Positions 25,663 through 32,951 of a DNA stretch of 38,931 bases are shown in pieces (within the stretch, counting starts at the first letter, position 1; every line of letters begins with the position of its first letter). The stretch lies in contig DATKVD010000409.1 in the NCBI GenBank assembly GCA_035530235.1, positions 1 to 38,931 of the forward strand. The letters are read 5' to 3'. Origin of the DNA: Planctomycetota bacterium (lineage in GTDB: Bacteria; Planctomycetota; DG-23; DATKVD01). The position numbers were made by a program, and so were the translations under genes. The notes below the pieces were generated by a model that saw nothing but the letters and a program-made list of their open reading frames with translations, was not told the origin of the DNA and did no database searches.

Positions 25663-27021
25663 TCATCCCCCTTTGTGTTGGCCGTGGCTGACGGGGGCGC
25701 CGATGAGGGGCCAGGCGTACTTGCCCAGGGCCAAGGACACCAAGTCCGCGTGCGAGGTGACCAGCCGGAAGGTCAGGAGTGCCGTCGCCGCCGCCAGGCC
25801 GAAGAGGATGCCGCCCAGGTGGGCCCAGTGGGCCGTGCCGGTCTCGGCACCCACCAGGGTGAAGATCACGTCGAAGGCGACGTAGAACAGCACCAGGAGC
25901 ACGCCGCGGACGGCAAAGATCTTTATCGAAAGACGGAACCTGGCAATAAGCCCCCATCGCATCCATATCGCCATGTACACCCGCTGTAGCGGGAACAGCA
26001 CGAGGTACATGCCGGCCAGACCCATGATGGCCCCGGAGGCCCCCAGCATGGGTGTCGGCACGCCGGCCGCCTCGGCCGTCATGTGGGCCCACGCCGCCAG
26101 CACCGCCAGCAGCGGGTAGAGCAGCGCCGTCCACACGTTGCCCACCAGGGCGTTCACCCGGGTGCCGAGGACCAGCAGAAAGACGAGGTTGCCCGCCAGG
26201 TGCATGATGTCGGCATGGAGGAATGCCGAGGTGACCATCTGGTAGAGGTGGAACTCGCCCAGCGACCGCTGTTCGGGTGTCAGGGCCTGGTAGGTTTCGC
26301 GAATCAACCGGTCCTCCGGGACCGTCCCTTCCAGTTCCTCGGCCTTCCGGACGAAGGCGTCTGAGTCACCGTAGCTGGTATACTCGTAGAACGCGATGAT
26401 CTGCTCGTCGGAAGCGGGCGCCTTGCCCGCCCAGAGCATCAGGTTCTTGAGGCTCTGCATCTGGGGCGCACCGCGCCATTCGTAGGACCAGAACACCACG
26501 CTGGCCAGCACCGTTGCCGCCGCAATGACCCAGACGGCCCACGGCTTCTTCCGCCCCGGGGCCTCGGAGTAGACCGGATAAAGTCCGAACGGGATGAGCC
26601 AGCTGATGGGACGGAGGACCTGTTCGACGCGGCCCTCCAGCTCATTGCGATCGACGTCGCGGGCCGTCAGGACGGGCCGGCCGCTCGGAAGATAGATGCC
26701 GCAGTCCACACACACCTTGGCGTCCATGGGCAGCGGGCGGGCGCAGCTCGGACAGAACGTGCCGGCGGCCGTCGGATGCAGCGGGTCCGTGCGAAGGGGT
26801 TCCGGCCGGGCAGGTGCCGCCGCCGCGCGGCGCGGGGGCCTGTCATCGGCGGCGCCCAAGGCCGCATCATTTGCATGGGGGCCGGACGGCTCGGGTGCGG
26901 GTTCGGCGGACTCGGGCACACGCAGGATCGAACTGCACCTGGGGCAGCGTCCCTTTCGGCCGCCCTTGTCGTCGGCGACCCGCAGGACGCTCCCGCACTG
27001 CGGACACTGGAAGCTGATCAT
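25663..27021 (-). CDS. rhomboid-family intramembrane serine protease with N-terminal zinc-ribbon domains
   Basis: FLHADIMHLAGNLVFLLVLG is the HxxxN motif and GASGAIMGLAG is the GxSG catalytic Ser motif. HWAHLGGILFG carries the catalytic His. The N-terminus has CPQCGS..CPRCSS and CPSCAR..CVDCG zinc ribbons. Confidence 0.8.
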   Translation of the reverse strand: MISFQCPQCGSVLRVADDKGGRKGRCPRCSSILRVPESAEPAPEPSGPHANDAALGAADDRPPRRAAAAPARPEPLRTDPLHPTAAGTFCPSCARPLPMDAKVCVDCGIYLPSGRPVLTARDVDRNELEGRVEQVLRPISWLIPFGLYPVYSEAPGRKKPWAVWVIAAATVLASVVFWSYEWRGAPQMQSLKNLMLWAGKAPASDEQIIAFYEYTSYGDSDAFVRKAEELEGTVPEDRLIRETYQALTPEQRSLGEFHLYQMVTSAFLHADIMHLAGNLVFLLVLGTRVNALVGNVWTALLYPLLAVLAAWAHMTAEAAGVPTPMLGASGAIMGLAGMYLVLFPLQRVYMAIWMRWGLIARFRLSIKIFAVRGVLLVLFYVAFDVIFTLVGAETGTAHWAHLGGILFGLAAATALLTFRLVTSHADLVSLALGKYAWPLIGAPVSHGQHKGG

Positions 27022-27382
27022 GACCCCCGCCCTCGACGGGAATGGGGCGATTCACTTTCCGGCCGCCTTCGGCGGTCTCCCGGATTGCCGTCCAGACCCG
27101 GGTCCCGCTCTGCCCATGCATTCTAAGGGCTTCACATCAGCATCTCCAGAAAAAAAAGACGCCGGCGGCATTGCGGAGTGAATGTCATTGGGGGCCTCCG
27201 GGCCTGCGCCCGGGGAGAGGAGAATCCGGCCCGTCCGTGGAGAGTCAAGCATGGTGTCCCCGGAACTCCAAAAACAGCGTGGCCGCCCAGAGTAACTGTT
27301 GCTCTGCAGGCCCGTCTACCTCATACTGATTGACGTGCCTTGCAGCAGGAAACGGGCATTCCATCATGAGGAACGATCGGAC

Positions 27383-28444
27383 ATGAACACCCGGCGTGTG
27401 GCGTTGGCGGTGACAGTCGGCGTGATCGTCGCGGCAGCTGCAGGCTGCGGAAGCAAGGCCTCACAGCACGAGCCATCGGACCGAGTGAAGGCGGACGCAA
27501 AGGAAAGCAGTGCTGGACAACCCGGATCGAAGGCGGAACCCCCCAAGGCGGAGACCGCGAAATCCCAGAAAGAGCCGCCGGAAGTCAGGGACAATTCCGC
27601 GAAGGGATATCCGCCGGTTTCGGCGCAAGGAGAAGGCCCCGCCACGGCACAAGACAAGCAGAACACGCGCGGCGACGTGACGCCGCCCGCCTTTGAAGTG
27701 GTGGACGGGCCCCGAACCGACGAGCAAGGACTCATCTCCTGGACGATCACCAGTCCTTATCAGAAGGGGCCCAACCCGGTACAGGTCCTTTGCCCCGATC
27801 AGGTGAAGAAAGGGACGCGTCTCCGGGTCATCTACGTCCTTCCGGTGAACCCGGGCATCAACAGTGGATGGGGCAGCGGAATCGTCGAGGCGAAACGTCT
27901 GGACCTCCACAACAAGTACGGCGTCATGTTCGTCTGCCCGGCGTTCGAGCGGGGGCCGAATTATGGGGATCATCCCACCGATCCCACGTGGCGCCATGAG
28001 AGTCACATTGTGAACGCGGTCGTCCCGTTCATCGAACAGCATTACCCGGTTCTGGCCGAGCCGCGCGGGCGGCTGCTTCTCGGATTCAGCATGTCGGGCT
28101 GCGGGGCGCTCAGCCTGCTCCTGCAGCATCCGGATGTTTTCGGCAGGATCGCCTCCTGGGACGCGCCCCGGCACTGGAGGTGGTGGCCGCCTGACCCCGG
28201 CCAGTTGCAGTCGACGCGCCCCTGGCAGCCCGACGCCTTGCTCGATCAACGCGCCGAGATGCTGAAGACGGGAGGGAGTCGTATAGCCCTGCTCGGCTAT
28301 GACTGCTACCGGGCCGACGCGGAGTCGACCCACAAGAAGCTGCTGTCGCTCGGCATCCCGCACGACTACAGCAATGACAAGTACCATCGGCATTGCTGGG
28401 GAAGCGGCTGGTTTGCTCCGGCCGTCGAGATACTGCTGAAATGA
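27383..28444 (+). CDS. lipoprotein, esterase-D/putative-esterase family alpha/beta hydrolase
   Basis: ATG 27383 follows GAGGAA. MNTRRVALAVTVGVIVAAAAGC is a lipobox-like signal, followed by a low-complexity K/E/P linker. LLLGFSMSGCGALSLLLQHPDVFG contains the GxSxG nucleophile elbow. Confidence 0.6.
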   Translation: MNTRRVALAVTVGVIVAAAAGCGSKASQHEPSDRVKADAKESSAGQPGSKAEPPKAETAKSQKEPPEVRDNSAKGYPPVSAQGEGPATAQDKQNTRGDVTPPAFEVVDGPRTDEQGLISWTITSPYQKGPNPVQVLCPDQVKKGTRLRVIYVLPVNPGINSGWGSGIVEAKRLDLHNKYGVMFVCPAFERGPNYGDHPTDPTWRHESHIVNAVVPFIEQHYPVLAEPRGRLLLGFSMSGCGALSLLLQHPDVFGRIASWDAPRHWRWWPPDPGQLQSTRPWQPDALLDQRAEMLKTGGSRIALLGYDCYRADAESTHKKLLSLGIPHDYSNDKYHRHCWGSGWFAPAVEILLK

Positions 28445-28798
28445 GACCTCTCCCGGTGAAGCGCAGGGGCCCGGACGAAATCATCCGCGACGACCTCGGC
28501 CTAGCCTCCGGTGCGCCGTCCGGCGGGGGGAATTCTGTCTACTGTTAGTATATCGGCTGGAAGTTCGAAATCGCAGGACTGGGGTGCGGCTAGTACGGGG
28601 TTGTTAACCCGCGCGGGCGCAAGAGACCGGTTGACATCGAACAACAAGCTTGGTACGTTTGCGACTGGCTCGACCGTTTCACACTGGAGCCGGCGAGGGT
28701 GAGAGGGGAGAAGATGGAGTGATGGTGTCCAGCCGCGTGGGCAGCGGGAAGGCGGCGAGTAAACGATCGGGAGAAAGAGGCGTCATAGGAGGTCGGTC

Positions 28799-30445
28799 AT
28801 GCGAGCTTTTCTGTGCGCGTGTTGCACGGTGCTGCTGCTTTATTCCGGGGCGAGCGCTCAGGAGGTGAAAGTCCTCGAGTTGCTGAAGGTCGCGGGACCT
28901 GCGGACGCGAAGCAGTTGCCCGGTTTCTTCCCGACCAGCGCATGCAATGCCGCCGTCGGCGTCGAGGCAGATCCGGCCGGTGCCTGGATCACGGTCGTCT
29001 TCGACAAGCCCGCTCAGGACGCGAAGCAAACGTTCTCCGCCGTCCTCTTCGAGTTCGACTACACGCGAGCGGTGGAGCCATTCGATTGGCGAAAGGCCCC
29101 GGACGGCACGGAGGAATGGCCGAACACATGGACGGGCTATGACGCCTTTGTTTTCGACTACGACAATCCGGAGAAGACCCCGGTCAAGGTCAAGGTGCTG
29201 CTGCAGGATTACGTAAGCTGGTATCACACGGACGTCGACGGGCTGGTCCGGCTGAACCATGTTGGTCCGCAGCAGAAGTACCTGCCTCAGATGTATCAAG
29301 AGGATATCGAACTCAAGCCAGGCAAGGGCCGCGCGAGCATCGACCTCCGGAAGGCGATGTGGACGAGCAAGACCCCGCCCGAAGTCGAGAGTCGAGAGAA
29401 GGTTCCCTGGGGCATGTCGGCGCTGTCGCGGTCGAGCCAAAAGAAGGGGTTGGAACTTCTCGACATGCGGGCCTTCGGCCTGTGCAATCCGTCGCCGGAG
29501 AAGAAACTGACGGTGAAGGTGAACAACTTTCGCCTGGAGGCGCGAGACAGGAAGGCAGGCGTCATCACGTGGCCGGAGCGAGCGACCTGCCCAAAATGCG
29601 GGGGCAAGACCAGCGACCGCTACGCCCCGTTCTGTCCCTTCTGCGGGGCTGAGATGAAGGACAGCCTCTACGACGAGCTGCTAAAGAAGAAGGTCCCGGC
29701 CGCCTCAGACCACACCGTTATCGTTCCAGCGGTCGAAGCTGCCGGCGGCGGCTCCAGCACTGGGGGCGGCAAGGGGCTGATGTCGTACGGCAGGAGCATC
29801 ATCACCGTGCACCACTATGACGTCAATTACAGAAACCCCAAGGGCCCCCAAGTTCCGAAGCTCAACAGCATCTGGGAGGCCCGTTATTATCTGAAGTTCG
29901 AGCTGGGCAAGGAATTCGACCGCAAGCCCGCGGTGAAGAGCGCAACGCTTTGGACCTTTGGATCAAAGCCGAATATCCCGAAGGGACAGGAGAACGATCC
30001 GCGGTGGGCCTGGGCCGATCCGAAGAACGGCATGTCCCTCTGGTTCTCCGGGAAGATCTGGCTGCCGGGACTGCTGGTCTTCGCGGTGGACCGCCAATAC
30101 AACGACTGGGACCCGAAGATGAACTGGGTCACGATGCCGCCTCTGGGAAAACTCATCTACGTGAGCGGGCAATACCCCGGTCGCTGCACACAGATGTATG
30201 GAAACGAGAAGGCCATTGCGCCCACTCTCGGCGAGGAATCGCCCAGGTGGTTGTGTCTGGACATTACGGAGTACGTCAAAGAAACAACAGCCGCCGGGGA
30301 TAAGGTTTTCACCCTCGGCCTGAAGGCGTTCACCCCTTTCGGCGCGATGCGGGAACCGCACGGGTTGGGCCACTGTTTCAGCGGCAGCGGTCTTGTCAGG
30401 GACGAGGAACTGCGGCCGAGGATCGTCGTCGAACTGGAGCCCTGA
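28799..30445 (+). CDS. secreted protein of unknown function (jelly-roll-like N-part, embedded CxxC..CxxC zinc ribbon, DNRLRE-like C-part)
   Basis: ATG 28799 follows AGGAGG. The signal is MRAFLCACCTVLLLYSGASAQ. The zinc ribbon is CPKCGGKTSDRYAPFCPFCG. The C-terminal RYYLKFELG..SATLWTF..NDWDPKMNWVTMPP resembles DNRLRE-type domains, from memory only. Confidence 0.55.
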   Translation: MRAFLCACCTVLLLYSGASAQEVKVLELLKVAGPADAKQLPGFFPTSACNAAVGVEADPAGAWITVVFDKPAQDAKQTFSAVLFEFDYTRAVEPFDWRKAPDGTEEWPNTWTGYDAFVFDYDNPEKTPVKVKVLLQDYVSWYHTDVDGLVRLNHVGPQQKYLPQMYQEDIELKPGKGRASIDLRKAMWTSKTPPEVESREKVPWGMSALSRSSQKKGLELLDMRAFGLCNPSPEKKLTVKVNNFRLEARDRKAGVITWPERATCPKCGGKTSDRYAPFCPFCGAEMKDSLYDELLKKKVPAASDHTVIVPAVEAAGGGSSTGGGKGLMSYGRSIITVHHYDVNYRNPKGPQVPKLNSIWEARYYLKFELGKEFDRKPAVKSATLWTFGSKPNIPKGQENDPRWAWADPKNGMSLWFSGKIWLPGLLVFAVDRQYNDWDPKMNWVTMPPLGKLIYVSGQYPGRCTQMYGNEKAIAPTLGEESPRWLCLDITEYVKETTAAGDKVFTLGLKAFTPFGAMREPHGLGHCFSGSGLVRDEELRPRIVVELEP

Positions 30446-30489
30446 GGGACAGAAGGCCCGGTAGTAAGGAGTTCGAGGCCACACCACTT

Positions 30490-30677
30490 CGAAAACCAGC
30501 GAAAACCAGAGCGAAAACCAGAAAACCAGGACAGTCACCGTTTTTCCCGTTCTTTCTTTCGGCTGCCCGCGGAAGAGAAAACAGGTGACTGTCCTGCTTT
30601 TTCTCGGAAGAGAAAACAGGTGACTGTCCTGCTTTTTCTGGTGACTGTCCTGCTTTTTGTCGTCCTGCTTTTTGTCG
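30490..30677 (+). repeat. A-rich short tandem repeat plus tandemly repeated hairpin arm downstream of the 28799..30445 stop codon
   Basis: (C)GAAAACCAG occurs 4 times at 30490-30529. GGAAGAGAAAACAGGTGACTGTCCTGCTTTTTCT occurs twice in perfect tandem (30571-30604 and 30606-30639). A partial copy GGTGACTGTCCTGCTTTTT lies at 30640-30658 and GTCCTGCTTTTT at 30662-30673. Confidence 0.65.
30522..30604 (+). terminator. long-stem intrinsic terminator candidate
   Basis: CAGGACAGTCACC (30527-30539) is the exact complement of GGTGACTGTCCTG (30584-30596, and again at 30619-30631 and 30640-52). Flanking AAAA/TTTT pairs extend the stem, and CTTTTTCT follows it. Confidence 0.5.
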
Positions 30678-30894
30678 CATCAAAGGACGGCTTCACAGGA
30701 TCCGGTCCGGCCCCAAGCGAGGAGGGATAGCCCCCTTTTCCACTGAAGGCCTGGTGTCATTGTGGTGATTGACTGGAGAGCACGTCTTGATAGAATAAAA
30801 TCAGACTTGATAGCCGCTTGGCAACAGTGGATGACGGAAGCACCAGGGAGCGGGTCAAGAGGAGTTGTGCCTCCAACAAGCCAAGGAGCCGCTC

Positions 30895-32331
30895 GTGCCG
30901 AGACAACCCAATATCCTTTTTCTGATGACCGACCAGATGCAGGCACGGGTCCTGGAACCGGGCCATCCCTGCCAGACGCCCAACCTGGACCGCCTGGCGG
31001 CGAGGGGCGTTCGCTTCCAATGCGCCTACACGCCCAATGCCGTCTGCTCGCCGGCGCGGGCCAGCCTTATGACAGGCCTGCTGCCGCACAACCACGGTGT
31101 CCAGACCGTGACGGGCGACGTGGCACCGGACAAGTGTCTCCTTCGAACCGAACATCCTCATTGGGCCCAGCGGCTCGTTCAGGCCGGCTACCGGACGGGA
31201 TACTTCGGCAAGTGGCACGTCGAGCAGACCCAGAAGGTCGGCGCTTTCGGGTGGCAGGTTGACGGCGGCTGTCTCGAGCCTCGCATGGAAGCCATCCTTC
31301 GTGCAGCCAGGGAGCGCATACACAAGGCTGGGTATTCCCCGGTGAGATACAACGAAACGCCAGGCTATGTCCGCTCCGTGCACTACGGCGTGACGGACAT
31401 CCCGCCCGAAGAGCGGCCAATGGGATTGATCACGCGGGAGGCGCTGTCCTTTCTCGGCGAAGCCCGGCAAGACGACATGCCCTGGTGTTGCTTCGTCAGT
31501 TTTCCCGAGCCGCACGATCCCTACATCGCCGGGCGGGCGGCGTTCGAACGCATCAACGTCGACGCCCTGGAACTGCCGCCCAACGTCCACGACACGCTGG
31601 AAGGCCGGCCGGGTGTTTACCGGAAACTCGCCCGCGTCTGGAAGTCCATGACCGACCGCGAGCATCGCGAGGCACGGGCCTGCTACTTCGCCAGCATCAC
31701 CGAACTCGACGGTCAGTTCGGCCGATTACTCGATGTGCTCGACAAGTCGGGTCAGGCGGACAACACGCTCGTCGTCATGACGGCCGACCACGGCGATCTC
31801 ATGGGCGCCCACAGGATGTACTGCAAAGGCTACACCGTCGCCGAGGAAATCTACAATATCCCCCTGATCGTCGCCGGGGCGGACATCGCCCGGAACATTG
31901 TGACGCCGGCTCGCGTGGGCTTGCACGACCTCTGCCCCACACTGCTGGAACTGACCGGCTGCAAGCCCTTCGATGTTCCGGACTCCCGATCCTTCATGAC
32001 GCTCCTCCAGGATCCGGCAGGCCAAGCCAGGCATTTCACGGCGGGCTACGCCGAATATCACGGCTCCCGCATTCCCATGATGCAGCGGATCGCCTGGAAA
32101 GGCCGCTTCAAGTACGTCCTGAACGGCTTCGACTTCGACGAGCTGTACGACCTCGAAGACGACCCCTTCGAAATGACCAACCTGATCGACAGCGCAGCCC
32201 ACCAGCCCGTCATTCGAGAGCGGATGACGTTCATCTGGGAACGAATCCGAGCCACAGGCGACCCCTTGGAAAAGGCCCAGTACCCGATGTGGCGCATCGC
32301 GTCCTTCGGGCCGCTGGAACTCAAGAAATGA
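30895..32331 (+). CDS. formylglycine-dependent sulfatase (arylsulfatase family)
   Basis: NILFLMTDQ and CSPARASLMTG (the C-x-P-x-R formylglycine motif) are present, along with GKWH and TADHGD. The track start at 30865 is TTG. I prefer GTG 30895, 6 nt after AAGGAG. No signal peptide is present with either start. Confidence 0.85.
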   Translation: MPRQPNILFLMTDQMQARVLEPGHPCQTPNLDRLAARGVRFQCAYTPNAVCSPARASLMTGLLPHNHGVQTVTGDVAPDKCLLRTEHPHWAQRLVQAGYRTGYFGKWHVEQTQKVGAFGWQVDGGCLEPRMEAILRAARERIHKAGYSPVRYNETPGYVRSVHYGVTDIPPEERPMGLITREALSFLGEARQDDMPWCCFVSFPEPHDPYIAGRAAFERINVDALELPPNVHDTLEGRPGVYRKLARVWKSMTDREHREARACYFASITELDGQFGRLLDVLDKSGQADNTLVVMTADHGDLMGAHRMYCKGYTVAEEIYNIPLIVAGADIARNIVTPARVGLHDLCPTLLELTGCKPFDVPDSRSFMTLLQDPAGQARHFTAGYAEYHGSRIPMMQRIAWKGRFKYVLNGFDFDELYDLEDDPFEMTNLIDSAAHQPVIRERMTFIWERIRATGDPLEKAQYPMWRIASFGPLELKK

Positions 32332-32447
32332 CATTCTTCAACTTCGCAGTATCCTGATGTCCAATCATTCTTGTCGGAAGGAATGAACCATAGCCGCGGC
32401 GTCCCGCTGTCCCTCCCCAAATCTCCGTCCGCGTTACTGTAGCTGGA

Positions 32448-32736
32448 GTTACGTCACTTGCCAACGAGCCAACCCGTGGGTACGATTTGCCCTCTCCTGC
32501 GGACCAGGGAGGAGCATAGATGGGCATGTTCGATGTATTCCTCGCGTTCCTTCGTCCTTCGAGGGTTCCTTCTCGACCGTGAGGGGATGAAGGCCAAAAT
32601 GCAACGGGTTCTCATGGACTTCATGTAGCAGTCCCACGAACCCACCTTGTAATCTTCGCGCGAATACGGAGTGATTGTGACGTCGTACAAAAGAAAAGGG
32701 CGCACACGACATGCGCCCTTTCGTTCTTGGCTCCCC
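32448..32736. repeat. copy A of a bipartite conserved module (split by 169 nt)
   Basis: 32448-32512 matches 37846-37910 at 56/65 positions by hand alignment. 32682-32736 matches 37915-37969 at 45/55 positions. In copy B the two halves are 4 nt apart. Confidence 0.6.
32685..32720 (-). terminator. intrinsic terminator (minus strand) downstream of the FG-GAP gene
   Basis: AAGGGCGCA-cacgaca-TGCGCCCTT is a perfect 9-bp stem (32696-32720). On the minus strand it is followed by TTTTCTTTTGT. Confidence 0.5.
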
Positions 32737-32951
32737 GAACGGAACGCCCTTCATAAACACTCTCTGTTTTGGCGAAATCGCTATCTGGTTGCAGCGGGAC
32801 GAGTTGCAGAGTTCCAGTATCGTTCGGTCCTAAAACCGAACGGAGCCCTTCTCGAAATCGACCCGCGGATTAGAGTGGGGGAGGGGGGAAGGTCGCGGAT
32901 TCGGAGTGAGGGTCCGCTATCCTCCGACGACGTGTTGGGGAGGCACACCGA

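Noticed and set aside
28640-28675. TTGACA-17-TACGTT promoter-like boxes upstream of 28799
   Set aside because: The -10 matches only 3/6 positions and lies ~130 nt from the start codon. Too weak to list as a feature.
30571-30677. CRISPR array
   Set aside because: The repeats are directly tandem (35-nt period) with no unique spacers, and they are complementary to an upstream arm. It is a terminator/slippage structure, not CRISPR.
32520-32582. 20-codon ORF (MGMFDVFLAFLRPSRVPSRP) behind GGGAGGAG inside the 169-nt insert of module copy A
   Set aside because: The SD-like site is good, but the ORF is very short, absent from copy B, and has no supporting conservation I can see. I cannot support it as a gene.
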